The notes under the pieces were generated by a model, which had not been told where the DNA came from, did not search any database, and saw only the letters and a list, made by a program, of their open reading frames with translations. The position numbers and the translations under genes were made by a program. From positions 660 through 64,659 of the forward strand of contig JBOGEV010000039.1 in NCBI GenBank assembly GCA_050742015.1: a DNA stretch of 64,000 nt. Direction: 5' to 3'. This document shows positions 1 to 9,408 of this stretch, one piece after another (the first letter of the stretch is position 1; the number at the start of each line of letters is the position of its first letter). This DNA is from Acidimicrobiia bacterium (lineage in GTDB: Bacteria; Actinomycetota; Acidimicrobiia; Spongiisociales; ZC4RG35).

Positions 1-2
1 AC

Positions 3-200
3 CTCCATGCCGAGACGTTTGGCGTCTACCCGGCTGGGATGGGTGACCAACCCGTGTTCCGTGACGACACCATCACTCTCGGGATGGGCCAACGAGCGGT
101 CATCGAGTTCGCCCTTCCGACGGTCGGGCGTTACATGTTCCACCCCCACCAGCACTGGCTCGCAGAGCGGGGAGCGATGGGGTGGTTCGCCGCTGTCTGA
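3..200 (+). CDS. C-terminal fragment of a cupredoxin / multicopper-oxidase-like protein (5' end outside window)
   Basis: Frame 3 is open from the window edge to TGA at 198-200. The tail ...GRYMFHPHQHWLAERGAMGWFAAV resembles the last copper-site strand of multicopper oxidases (HCHxxxHxxxGM) but has HPH instead of HCH. Absent from the ORF track because no start codon lies in the window. Confidence 0.35.
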   Translation, partial: LHAETFGVYPAGMGDQPVFRDDTITLGMGQRAVIEFALPTVGRYMFHPHQHWLAERGAMGWFAAV

Positions 201-311
201 GATATAGGGCTCCCGACCCGTGATACCAGCCCAATCGCTTTCCGATTCTTAAAATGACGAGAACCAGCGGGTCAGGCCCGGCCTGATCCTGAGAGATCGG
301 GTCGGTGTGAG

Positions 312-1166
312 ATGAACTATCCACTGCACTATCTGGAGCATCTCAGCCAGCGAGACGTCGAATTGCTGGCGGGGATCGCCGGGATCGGCGACGCCACCCT
401 CAAGCAACGGATCGTGGAGAAACCGGCGGTGATCGACGACCTGCTCGCGTCCCGGCGTCTCTTCAAGACAATCTTCGAGCCTTCCCAGGACCTGCTCGAC
501 CCGGGTGCCTCCAGCTTCCTCGCCTTCGGGGTCCTGGTGGGACGGGCGGCTCGGGACCTCCACGAGGCAAGCTATGTGTCCGAGTGGTCCGGCCCCGGCA
601 AACGGCTGCCGGTGTTCGACGTCGAGCCCCTGCGCCAGTTCTTCGACGATGGGGCGCGTCGCTATTTCTTGATCGAGTTCCTGAACTCCTTCAACAAGGT
701 GGCCAGTGGCAACTTCGTCGTGAAGACCCCCGACGGGTACCGGCGGCGACGGTTCAACGAGCTCGACCCGCTTCGCCTCGCCGAGATGGTCGAGCTGTTA
801 CCCCCGGTTGAGCGTGCCGGCGGCTATCGGCGGCTGGGCGACGTCGCCCTGTTCCTGAGTGGTGTCCTCCCCGACCACACCGCACGGCATCCGTTCCCGG
901 TGGCACAACGGGAGCAGCTGGCCCGGTCGGCCGCCATCGGTCCCACCCAGGCGCTGGTCGAGGACGAGGGTCTGCGTTTCCTGGAGTCCGCCGGAGCCGG
1001 CTGGTACCGAAGGTCGGTCGACGAGGCCGAAGGCGCCATGGGCGCCGGTCCCACGTTCCTCAGGGGCGTGGCCGACCGCTTCGGCGATGCCCGTCGAATC
1101 CTCAACTACCTGGCGGACCGGTACCTGTTCCGCCGCGAGCTGGGGATGGCCGGGCACCCGGGCTGA
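312..1166 (+). CDS. hypothetical protein (284 aa), no family recognised
   Basis: Long ORF with coding-like composition and ATG start. No motif I can assign. Confidence 0.55.
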   Translation: MNYPLHYLEHLSQRDVELLAGIAGIGDATLKQRIVEKPAVIDDLLASRRLFKTIFEPSQDLLDPGASSFLAFGVLVGRAARDLHEASYVSEWSGPGKRLPVFDVEPLRQFFDDGARRYFLIEFLNSFNKVASGNFVVKTPDGYRRRRFNELDPLRLAEMVELLPPVERAGGYRRLGDVALFLSGVLPDHTARHPFPVAQREQLARSAAIGPTQALVEDEGLRFLESAGAGWYRRSVDEAEGAMGAGPTFLRGVADRFGDARRILNYLADRYLFRRELGMAGHPG

Positions 1167-1267
1167 TCCACTGAGCCTTCGACCAGCGGGCCGGCGTTTC
1201 CGCCCGGTCCTTGGGCCGGCACTCCTGCCGGGGTACGTTGACCGAAACTCGGCCCAAGGAGGACGGG

Positions 1268-1684
1268 ATGATTCTCGATTTCTTCGGTGAGCTGAACTGG
1301 CTCGCCATCGTGGTGGCGACCGTCGCCTGGTTCGCATTCAGCGCGATCTGGTACTCGTTGCCGCCGTTGAGCAAGGCATGGCAGAGGGCGGCGAAGGTCG
1401 ACATGACGGCGGGCGGGCCGCCGTTGGCACTTCTCTTCATCCCGACCCTGATCGGATACTTCGTGACCACAGTCGTGATCGGCTTGATCGCAAAAGCAAT
1501 CGGCGCCACGGAGGTCATGGATGGCGTCTGGCTCGGTGTGGCGCTCGGAGTGGGATTCGGTGCTGTCGGCGCCCTGGTCAGTCAGGTCTACGAGCAGAAG
1601 GGCCGGAACTACTGGCTCATCAACGGGATCAATGCGGTAATCGCCTACGTGATCGTGGCGGTGATCGTCACGGTCTGGGAGTAA
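1268..1684 (+). CDS. DUF1761-like small membrane protein
   Basis: ATG at 1268 preceded by AAGGAGG. N-terminus MILDFFGELNWLAIVVATVAWFAFSAIWYSLPPLSKAWQ matches the DUF1761 pattern. Multiple TM segments. Confidence 0.7.
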   Translation: MILDFFGELNWLAIVVATVAWFAFSAIWYSLPPLSKAWQRAAKVDMTAGGPPLALLFIPTLIGYFVTTVVIGLIAKAIGATEVMDGVWLGVALGVGFGAVGALVSQVYEQKGRNYWLINGINAVIAYVIVAVIVTVWE

Positions 1685-1694
1685 CCGACCCCGG

Positions 1695-2075
1695 TCAAGC
1701 CAGGCTCATCTCCTCGATCACCCCGGCCTTGATCCAGAACCCGCGGATCTCACCCGGGGCGGCGATCAGATACATCCAATCCGGCTCGAGGCTGGCCTCC
1801 ACGTCGGTCATCGAGGGCATGGCCGGTCCCTGAGGGTGGGAGTGAAAGACGCCGCCGAGCTCCCAACCTCTCGACTCGGCATGAAGCAGAGCATGGAAGT
1901 GCTCGTCGGGATCCACCGTGTACGAGACGGGTGACGGATCGGCGTTGGTCAATGGGTAGGCGAACCTGATCCGACCGTCGGCATCGGTGGCGAGCAGGCC
2001 GCAGCACTCGTCGGGGGCACAGTTGTCGGCGTGGGCGAGGATCGCCCAGCGAACCTGATCAGGGAGCCGTGGCAC
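1695..2075 (-). CDS. JAMM/MPN+ metalloprotease (Mec / Mov34 family)
   Basis: JAMM motif HSHPQGPAMPSMTD (H-x-H-x7-S-x2-D) plus an upstream Glu. GTG start overlaps the upstream gene end by 17 nt. Confidence 0.85.
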   Translation of the reverse strand: MPRLPDQVRWAILAHADNCAPDECCGLLATDADGRIRFAYPLTNADPSPVSYTVDPDEHFHALLHAESRGWELGGVFHSHPQGPAMPSMTDVEASLEPDWMYLIAAPGEIRGFWIKAGVIEEMSLA

Positions 2076-3237
2076 GTGCCACGCTGCCGGCGGGGCGACA
2101 GGCCTCGTCGTAGTCGACGATCAGAGGAGGATGGTCGGGATCGGAGCAAGCCGGGCAATCCGGATCCCGGCCAATTGTGACCGTGCTGAAATCCTCTTCG
2201 AGCGCGTCGTAGATCAGCAGTCTCCCGATCAGGGGCTGGCCGAGGTCGAGCAGCACCTTGATCGTCTCCATGGCCTCTATCGAGCCGATGATGCCGGGCA
2301 GGACGCCGAGGACCCCGGCCTCGGCACACGACGGCGCCAACTCCGGCGGTGGAGGCTCGGGGAAGAGGCACCGGTAACACGGCCCCTCATAGGGGTCGAA
2401 CACCGACACCTGGCCCTCGAAGCGGAAGATCGAGCCGTGGACCACCGGGACCCGCAGATGCAACGAGGCGTCGTTGACCAGGTAGCGGGTGGGAAAGTTG
2501 TCGCCGCCGTCCAGCACCACGTCGTAGCCCGACAGGATCTTGAGTGCGTTCTCGGCGGTGAGCCGCTCGTTGTGGGTGACGACCTTGACATCGGGGTTGA
2601 GTGCGGAGAGTGTCTCCCGGGCCGACTCGGTCTTTGCCATCCCGACCCGGTCCAGATTGTGCAGGATTTGCCGCTGCAGGTTGGAGGTGTCGACGACATC
2701 GTCGTCGACGATCCCGACCGTGCCGACTCCGGCGGCGGCGAGGTAGAGGGCGGCAGGCGAGCCGAGGCCGCCGGCCCCGATCAGCAGCACCTTCGAGTCG
2801 AGCAACCGGGTCTGTCCCTCCAGCCCCACTTCGGACAGGAGCAGGTGCCTCGAATAGCGGTCCCGTTGCTCGGCGTTGAGGCCCTCGCCGACCCCCCAAG
2901 GCCTGCCCTCGCCCTTCCAGCGATCAAACCCGCCGGCCAACGACGAGACGTCGCGGTAACCCATGCCGATGAGGCTCACCGCGGCCAAGGCCGAGCGCCC
3001 GCCGCCGGCGCAGAAGAGGACCACGGGCCGGGACGGATCGGGGACCACACCGGAGATCTGGCCCTCGAGCAGCCCGCGCGGGATGAGGCGTGCTCCGGGG
3101 ATGGAGCCCTGCTCGTGTTCCCCGGTCTCGCGGACGTCGATCACGACGAATTCGGAGAGTCGCCGTTCCAGATCCTCGGGCAGGATCTCGGCGATCTGCG
3201 ACCGGGCGCTGGCGACGAGGTCACGATAAGAGGTCAT
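2059..3237 (-). CDS. rhodanese-ThiF/MoeB fusion (E1-like adenylyltransferase/sulfurtransferase, MoeZ-like but with N-terminal rhodanese)
   Basis: N-terminal rhodanese with active-site loop FCAGGGRSA. ThiF/MoeB Rossmann motif LLIGAGGLGSPAALYLAAAGVG. Two CxxC pairs (CYRC, CPAC). ATG at 3237 shares one base with the aceE stop (TGATG). The ORF-track 508-aa version carries an Arg/Pro-rich N-terminal extension that I reject. Confidence 0.9.
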   Translation of the reverse strand: MTSYRDLVASARSQIAEILPEDLERRLSEFVVIDVRETGEHEQGSIPGARLIPRGLLEGQISGVVPDPSRPVVLFCAGGGRSALAAVSLIGMGYRDVSSLAGGFDRWKGEGRPWGVGEGLNAEQRDRYSRHLLLSEVGLEGQTRLLDSKVLLIGAGGLGSPAALYLAAAGVGTVGIVDDDVVDTSNLQRQILHNLDRVGMAKTESARETLSALNPDVKVVTHNERLTAENALKILSGYDVVLDGGDNFPTRYLVNDASLHLRVPVVHGSIFRFEGQVSVFDPYEGPCYRCLFPEPPPPELAPSCAEAGVLGVLPGIIGSIEAMETIKVLLDLGQPLIGRLLIYDALEEDFSTVTIGRDPDCPACSDPDHPPLIVDYDEACRPAGSVARATAP

Positions 3238-5957
3238 CAGTGGGCGCGGGCCGGGTCGGGCGCTTCGGGATCGATCTCGTATCTCTCGAAGGCGTCCCGG
3301 ACCACGGATTTCGGTACATGGCCGTCGAGGGCGAGGGTGGAGAGGGTGGCGGCGACGATGTGGCCGGTATCCACCTCGAAGAATCGGCGCAACGCCTTGC
3401 GCGCATCGGAGCGGCCGAAGCCGTCGGTGCCGAGGGTTGTGAAGCGACCCGGGACCCATCGCGATATCTGGTCGGGCACCAGCTTCATGTAGTCGGTCAC
3501 TGCGATCACCGGCCCCACGACTCCGGACAGGGTGCTCGTCACCAACGGGGTGCGCGGGCTCTCCTCGGGGTGGAGGAGGTTCCACCGGTCAATGGAGAGG
3601 GCCTCCTCGCGCAGCCTCTTGTAGGAAGTCGCGGACCACAGCTCGGCGCTGACGTCGTAGTGCTCCGCCAGGTCCTCGGCCGCCTGGCGAGCGGCGAGAT
3701 TGGCCGAACCGGAGAAGAGGATGGCGGCCTTCGGGCCGGAGGCGTCCGGTCCGTCCGCCCACTTGTAGAGACCGTCGACGATGCCCTGCCCGACGCCTTC
3801 GGGACGCGCAGGCTGGGGGTAGTTCTCGTTGTAGAGCGTGAGGTAATAGAAGATGTCTTCGGGCTGATCGCCGTACATCCGCTTCAGCCCGTCCTCGACG
3901 ATGGTGCCGGCCTCATAGGCGAAGGCCGGGTCGTAGGCCTCGCAGACCGGGACCGAGGTGGCGAGCACGTGACTGTGCCCGTCCTGGTGTTGGAGACCCT
4001 CGCCTTCGAGAGTCGTCCGCCCCGCGGTGGCGCCCAACAGAAAACCCCGGACCCTGGAGTCGGCTGCCGACCAGATCAGGTCGCCCACCCGCTGGAACCC
4101 GAACATCGAGTAGAAGATGAAGAAGGGGACCATCGGCACGCCCCGTACTGCATACGAGGTCCCGGCGGCGATCCATGAAGCGGTGGACCCGGCCTCGGTG
4201 ATCCCCTCCTCGAGGATCTGCCCACTCTGGGACTCGGCATAGGAGAGGAGCATCGAGGCGTCGACGGGCTCGTAGAGCTGGCCCTTGGAGGCATAGATCT
4301 TGAGCTCCCTGAACAATGAGTCCATCCCGAACGTCCTCGCCTCGTCGGGGACGATCGGGACCACGTGCTTGCCGAAGCCCTCAGAGCGGGCCAGACCGCG
4401 CAGGAGACGGGTGAAAGCGGTAGTGGTGGAGGCCTCGGCCTTGCCCGAGCCGGCGTAGACCTCGGCGAAGGTCTCGGTCGAAGGGAGAGTCAGGGAATTG
4501 GGCGGTACCACCCGGCTGGGGAGGAATCCTCCCAGCTCCTGACGACGAGCGTGCAGGTACTCGTATTCGGGGGTTCCCGGCCCGGGTCTGAAATACGGCG
4601 GCACCTTGTCTCCCTCGAGGGCCTCCTCGGGGATCTCGTTCTCCAGGCTCAAGCGAGCGCGCAGACCCAGGAGCTGCTGGTTGGTGAGCTGTTTGATCTG
4701 ATGGGTGGCATTTCGGCCCTCGACATCCGGGCCCAGGGTCCAACCTTTGATCGTCTTGGCCAGGATCACCGTCGGCTTGCCGTTGGTCAGCTCGGTGGCC
4801 ACCTTGTAAGCCGCATAGATCTTCCGGTAGTCGAGCCCGCCTCGGCGCAGGGCCCAGATCTCGTCGTCGGTCATCTCGGCGACCATTTCCTTGGTGCGCG
4901 GGTCCTTGCCGAAAAAGTGCTCGCGGACAAAGGCACCGTTCTCGGCCTTGTAGCGCTGGTACTCGCCGTCCACAGTGGTGTTCATCACGTTGACGAGGGC
5001 CCCCTCGTCGTCACGATCGAGGAGGGCGTCCCATCCCGAGCCCCAGATCACCTTGATCACATTCCACCCCGCGCCCCGGAAGACGGACTCGAGCTCAGTG
5101 ATGATCTGGCCGTTGCCCCGGACCGGGCCGTCCAGCCTCTGCAGGTTGCAGTTCACGACCCAGGTCAGGTTGTCGAGACCCTCGCGGGCAGCGAGCGAGA
5201 TCGCACCCAGTGTCTCCGGTTCGTCCACCTCGCCGTCTCCGATGAATGACCAGACCCTCGACTGTGAGGTGTCGTCCATCTCCCGGTTGAGCAGGTACTT
5301 GTTGAACCGCGCCTGGTAGATCGAGTTGATCGCACCCAGACCCATCGAGACGGTGGGGAACTCCCAGAAGTCGGGCATGAGCCGGGGATGGGGGTAGGAG
5401 GAGAGCCCGTCGCCGTCGATCTCGAATCGGAAGTTGTCGAGGTGCTTCTCGTCGAACCTGCCTTCGAGATAGGCCCGGGCGTACATGCCGGGGGCGGCGT
5501 GGCCCTGGAAGTAGACATGGTCGCCCCCACCGGGTGCGCTCTTTCCCTTGAAGAAATGGTTGAACCCGACCTCGTAGAGGGTGGCGGACGAGGCGAACGT
5601 GGAGAGATGCCCGCCGATCCCCTTGGACCGATGGTTGGCCTTGATCACCATGACTGCCGCGTTCCAGCGGATGAAACGGCGAATGCGACGCTCGATGTCG
5701 GCGTCGCCGGGGAACTCGGGCTCCTCCTCGGGGGGGATCGAGTTGATGTACGGGGTCGTGATCGCGCCCGCGACCCCTACGTTGGTCTCATGGGCCCGCT
5801 CCAGGAGCTTGGCTACGAGATATTTGGCCCGGTCCGGTCCCCGGTCGTTGACCACCGCATCGAGAGACTCGATCCACTCCTGGGTCTCGACTGGATCGGA
5901 GTCCGCCATCTGGTTGACGTATTCGTCGCCGAGGGTCCGGCTCAGATCGCCTGACAT
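3237..5957 (-). CDS. aceE: pyruvate dehydrogenase E1 component, homodimeric type
   Basis: 906 aa. N-terminus ...DPVETQEWIESLDAVV and overall AceE-type ThDP enzyme architecture. Confidence 0.95.
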   Translation of the reverse strand: MSGDLSRTLGDEYVNQMADSDPVETQEWIESLDAVVNDRGPDRAKYLVAKLLERAHETNVGVAGAITTPYINSIPPEEEPEFPGDADIERRIRRFIRWNAAVMVIKANHRSKGIGGHLSTFASSATLYEVGFNHFFKGKSAPGGGDHVYFQGHAAPGMYARAYLEGRFDEKHLDNFRFEIDGDGLSSYPHPRLMPDFWEFPTVSMGLGAINSIYQARFNKYLLNREMDDTSQSRVWSFIGDGEVDEPETLGAISLAAREGLDNLTWVVNCNLQRLDGPVRGNGQIITELESVFRGAGWNVIKVIWGSGWDALLDRDDEGALVNVMNTTVDGEYQRYKAENGAFVREHFFGKDPRTKEMVAEMTDDEIWALRRGGLDYRKIYAAYKVATELTNGKPTVILAKTIKGWTLGPDVEGRNATHQIKQLTNQQLLGLRARLSLENEIPEEALEGDKVPPYFRPGPGTPEYEYLHARRQELGGFLPSRVVPPNSLTLPSTETFAEVYAGSGKAEASTTTAFTRLLRGLARSEGFGKHVVPIVPDEARTFGMDSLFRELKIYASKGQLYEPVDASMLLSYAESQSGQILEEGITEAGSTASWIAAGTSYAVRGVPMVPFFIFYSMFGFQRVGDLIWSAADSRVRGFLLGATAGRTTLEGEGLQHQDGHSHVLATSVPVCEAYDPAFAYEAGTIVEDGLKRMYGDQPEDIFYYLTLYNENYPQPARPEGVGQGIVDGLYKWADGPDASGPKAAILFSGSANLAARQAAEDLAEHYDVSAELWSATSYKRLREEALSIDRWNLLHPEESPRTPLVTSTLSGVVGPVIAVTDYMKLVPDQISRWVPGRFTTLGTDGFGRSDARKALRRFFEVDTGHIVAATLSTLALDGHVPKSVVRDAFERYEIDPEAPDPARAH

Positions 5958-6113
5958 GAGCCAATCCTAGTGGCGACCGCATTTCTCCCCCTGAAGGGGG
6001 AGTACCGGAAGACCCCCTCCGGCCCTTCGGGCCACCTCCCCCAACGTGGCTTCGCTCCTGGGGGAGGAAACGGCCGGGGAGGGGGGAAATCTCGGGCCCC
6101 CGAAGGGGGTAGC
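5958..6113 (-). promoter_or_regulatory. structured G-run/C-run intergenic region (hydrolase terminator plus aceE promoter/leader)
   Basis: On the - strand: CCCCC-UUCG-GGGG hairpin right after the hydrolase stop. Then CCUCCCCC...GGGGGAGG 8-bp stem, GGCCC-GAA-GGGCC and CUCCCCC-UUCA-GGGGGAG just upstream of the aceE ATG. Confidence 0.3.
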
Positions 6114-6998
6114 TCAGGCCGGGACTGTCTCCCGGGCCACCGGTGTCAGCCAGGGGAGCACGATCTCGACGAAACGGAGGGGAGCGTCCATCTGCGGGGT
6201 GTGACCGGTGTCCTCCATCTGCACCAGTTCCCACTCTGGTTGGAGGGAGCAGAGCCACTCGACGGCGGTCGGGGAGACGATGTGATCGGAGATGCCCTGG
6301 ACGACCAAAGTCGGGGCTTCGATGGCTTTGATCATCGTGACGAAGACCGAGCGCTTGGCGTACAGGGCGGCGATCGAGCTGGCCGTCCTGGCCGTTGCAT
6401 ACTCCGCCCAGGGAAGGCCCTTCCGAATGCGCGCCATGGCCCGGGTCTCCTCGATCAAAGCCATCGGCACCCGCCCCGGTTTGTGGGTGATCATGGCCAG
6501 GCTCTTCTTCACCAGCTCTTCGGGGGTGTTGTTCCGGACGAAATGCCTTCCGTAGAGCTCGCCGAGCAGCGGTGTGGCCTGAATCGCGAGCCTGATGACG
6601 GTCGGCCAGTGAAGGCGCGGGTCGGGGAAGCTGGGCGGGGTAGCCGGCGAGGCCAGCACCAGACGCTCGACGAGGTCGGGACGGCGAGCGGCGATCATCT
6701 CGGACAGAAGACCGCCCGTTGAGTTCCCGATGAGGGTGACCGGGCCGACGATGGTCTCCAGATAGGCAATTGCCGAGTCGCAATGCGTGTCGAGGCGGAA
6801 GTCGGCGCGGGGCGGGGTGAGGCCGAATCCGGGGAGATCGAAGGCCCGCACATGACCGGACCGGGTCAGCGCCGGAGCGACCGCATCCCAGTTTGTGGTG
6901 GAGCCGCCGAGCCCATGGACGAGGATCAAGTCGGGGCCGGAACCGCCGAAGTCGACCTCGTGTATCGGTCCGCAACGTGTTTCGACGTAAATGCCCAC
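6114..6998 (-). CDS. alpha/beta-fold hydrolase
   Basis: HGLGGS oxyanion region and GNSTGG nucleophile elbow. About 294 aa, typical size. Confidence 0.8.
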   Translation of the reverse strand: MGIYVETRCGPIHEVDFGGSGPDLILVHGLGGSTTNWDAVAPALTRSGHVRAFDLPGFGLTPPRADFRLDTHCDSAIAYLETIVGPVTLIGNSTGGLLSEMIAARRPDLVERLVLASPATPPSFPDPRLHWPTVIRLAIQATPLLGELYGRHFVRNNTPEELVKKSLAMITHKPGRVPMALIEETRAMARIRKGLPWAEYATARTASSIAALYAKRSVFVTMIKAIEAPTLVVQGISDHIVSPTAVEWLCSLQPEWELVQMEDTGHTPQMDAPLRFVEIVLPWLTPVARETVPA

Positions 6999-7036
6999 CT
7001 CCGGAGGCTACCGCAGGCCCGTCTTACACTCCTGGG

Positions 7037-8440
7037 ATGCGATTGCTCCTCGTGTCCACCTACGAGCTAGGGCGTCAGCCGGTCCACCTGTCCTCTCCCG
7101 CCGCGGCACTCCGGGGAGAGGGGATCGCCGTCACCACCATCGATCTGTCTGTGGAGGATTGGGATCCATCCAGTCTGGACGAGGTAGATGCGGTCGCCTT
7201 CTCCGTGCCTATGCACACGGCGATGCGACTGGCCGTCCCGGTGGCCGAGAGCATGCGCCGCCACCGGAACGACCTCCCCATCGCCTTTTACGGTCTCTAT
7301 GCCGCGGTCGGACGTGAACGGAACCTCGATGCGGTGGCCGACGCATTGTTGGTCGGGGAGTACGAGCCCGACCTGATCGCCTGGGCGCATGGAGTGGGGG
7401 ACGGGTCGATGCGCACGGGTGTGAGCCGGCATCGGGGACGCTCGCGTTTTCATCGCCCCGATCGTTCGGGTTTGCCCTCTCACGACAACTACGCCCGTCT
7501 CGAGTGGATGGGAGAGCCTCGGCTCGCCGGGGCGGTGGAAGCGTCGCACGGGTGTCGTCACCGATGCCGTCACTGTCCTATCCCCGTGGTCTACGACGGG
7601 AGGATGCGAGTGGTGGGTGCCGAGTCGGTCCTGGCCGACATCGACCAACTCGCCGCCGCCGGGGTGCAACACGTCACCTTTGGCGACCCGGACTTCCTCA
7701 ATGCCCCGAAGTACTCCATGGACCTGCTCCGGGCCGCCAACGCCGCTCATCCCGACCTGACATTCGACTTGACGGTGAAGGTCGAGCACATCCTCGCCCA
7801 CGACAGGTTGTGGGCGGAGATGGCCACGCTCGGAGTGCTATTCGTCGTGAGCGCATTCGAGAGCACCGACCGTCGGACACTGGACATATTGGACAAGAAC
7901 CACACGGCGGAGGACATGGCCCGCGCGGTGGGAGTGCTCCGCTCGGCCGGCATCCATGTTCGACCGACGTGGCTGCCATTCTTCCCCTGGACCACTCCGG
8001 AGCACATGGTCGATATCGTCAGGTTCCTCGATCGGCATGGGCTGTGGTCGGCGACCGATCCGGTGCAACTGGCGATCAGGCTCCTGATCCCCGAGGGCTC
8101 TCTCCTCGAGAATCACCCCGCAGTCGCTCCCCATCTCACGGCGTACCGGCCGGAGTCTCTCTCCTGGTCCTGGGAATTCGAGAACGCGACCATCGAGCGC
8201 ATGCACGCTGAGATCGATTCGATCGCGGCCGAAGGCTCCGATTGTGGGGCAGAGTCCATCGAAACTCTGGCCACGATTCGGGACCGAATCGGAGCTATGG
8301 CCGGCGTGGACTTCGGCCCGATGCCCGTCTCGGCGCCGACACCCCGGCTCACCGAGACGTGGTTCTGCTGCGCCGAGCCGACGGCAGCCCAGGCAACCGC
8401 GGTCGGACTGACCATCGGTAGGGTGCCGCAGACGCCTTAG
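7037..8440 (+). CDS. B12-binding-domain radical SAM protein with CCAEP tail (CUAEP/CCAEP-tail radical SAM family)
   Basis: ATG at 7037 (MRLLLVSTYELGRQP...). Radical SAM cluster motif HGCRHRCRHCP (CxxxCxxC). C-terminal WFCCAEPTAAQ tail. The upstream 48 codons of the ORF-track entry overlap the divergent hydrolase and are rejected. Confidence 0.85.
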   Translation: MRLLLVSTYELGRQPVHLSSPAAALRGEGIAVTTIDLSVEDWDPSSLDEVDAVAFSVPMHTAMRLAVPVAESMRRHRNDLPIAFYGLYAAVGRERNLDAVADALLVGEYEPDLIAWAHGVGDGSMRTGVSRHRGRSRFHRPDRSGLPSHDNYARLEWMGEPRLAGAVEASHGCRHRCRHCPIPVVYDGRMRVVGAESVLADIDQLAAAGVQHVTFGDPDFLNAPKYSMDLLRAANAAHPDLTFDLTVKVEHILAHDRLWAEMATLGVLFVVSAFESTDRRTLDILDKNHTAEDMARAVGVLRSAGIHVRPTWLPFFPWTTPEHMVDIVRFLDRHGLWSATDPVQLAIRLLIPEGSLLENHPAVAPHLTAYRPESLSWSWEFENATIERMHAEIDSIAAEGSDCGAESIETLATIRDRIGAMAGVDFGPMPVSAPTPRLTETWFCCAEPTAAQATAVGLTIGRVPQTP

Positions 8441-8451
8441 GGAGAGCATGG

Positions 8452-9390
8452 ATGACCACGGTTCTGGCCGCTGACGGCCTCACCAAGAGCTTTGACGACC
8501 TGATCGCGGTCAAAGAGGTCAGCTTCGAGATCGCAGAGGGCGAGACCTTCGGTCTGCTCGGGCCGAATGGAGCGGGGAAGACGACCTCGATCTCGATGGT
8601 GGCCGGCCTTCTGGAGCCGGACAGCGGCTCGGTCCACGTGGCCGGCACCCCGATCCGCACCAATTCCACCGCAGGGCGGGCGGACATCGGCCTCGTTCCC
8701 CAGGAGGTGGCGATATACCCGGATCTCACCGCTGAAGAGAACCTGAAGTTCTTCGGCCGTCTGTACGAGATGAACGGCACCGAGTTGGACAGGCGGGTCG
8801 GCGAGGTCCTCGACGTGATCGGGCTGGCAGATCGCAAGGACGATCTGGTCAAGGAGTTCTCCGGGGGCATGCAGCGGAGACTCAACATCGGGATCGGCCT
8901 GCTCCATCGTCCTCGTTTGCTGATCCTGGACGAGCCGACGGTCGGGGTCGACCCTCAATCGAGGAACGCGATCCTCGAATCGGTCGAGGAGCTGTCAGGC
9001 CAGGGGATCGCCGTCCTTTACACCACCCACTACATGGAGGAGGCGGAGCGGCTTTGTGATCGGGTGGCCATCATCGACGAGGGTGTGATCAAGGCCGAGG
9101 GAACCCGTCGTGAACTGGTCTCCCTGGTGGGTCAGAAAGACAGGATCAGCGTCACAGCGAGCGGGGATCTCGGAGATGTTGCCAAGGTCGCGGCCGGTCT
9201 TGCCGGCGTCACCGACGCCAGCGCATCAGATCAGGGGATCGATGTCCTCACCGACGACGCCGCCACGCTGCTTCCGTCGCTGATGAGTTGTTTCGCCACC
9301 GCCGGGACGACCATCACCGCGGTGCAGATATTCGAGCCGAACCTGGAGGCGGTGTTCCTCCACCTCACGGGCAAGGCCCTGCGCGACTAG
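8452..9390 (+). CDS. ABC transporter ATP-binding protein (ABC-2/DrrA-like)
   Basis: Walker A GPNGAGKTT, signature FSGGMQRRL, Walker B LLILDEP. Confidence 0.9.
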   Translation: MTTVLAADGLTKSFDDLIAVKEVSFEIAEGETFGLLGPNGAGKTTSISMVAGLLEPDSGSVHVAGTPIRTNSTAGRADIGLVPQEVAIYPDLTAEENLKFFGRLYEMNGTELDRRVGEVLDVIGLADRKDDLVKEFSGGMQRRLNIGIGLLHRPRLLILDEPTVGVDPQSRNAILESVEELSGQGIAVLYTTHYMEEAERLCDRVAIIDEGVIKAEGTRRELVSLVGQKDRISVTASGDLGDVAKVAAGLAGVTDASASDQGIDVLTDDAATLLPSLMSCFATAGTTITAVQIFEPNLEAVFLHLTGKALRD

Positions 9391-9408
9391 TGACGGCGGG
9401 CCCTTGAG

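Noticed and set aside
2059-3585. 508-aa version of the rhodanese-ThiF ORF
   Set aside because: The first 116 codons overlap the aceE 3' end and encode Arg/Pro-rich junk. The ATG at 3237 gives a 392-aa protein starting at the rhodanese domain.
2131-5954. Long + strand ORFs antisense to moeZ-like and aceE (2131..3492, 3090..4178, 4365..5249, 5388..5954)
   Set aside because: They are mirror frames of strongly supported - strand genes. The products are low-complexity and lack any motif.
5788-6975. 395-aa - strand ORF overlapping the alpha/beta hydrolase in another frame
   Set aside because: Arg/Pro/Gly-rich with no domains. The hydrolase frame carries the catalytic motifs.
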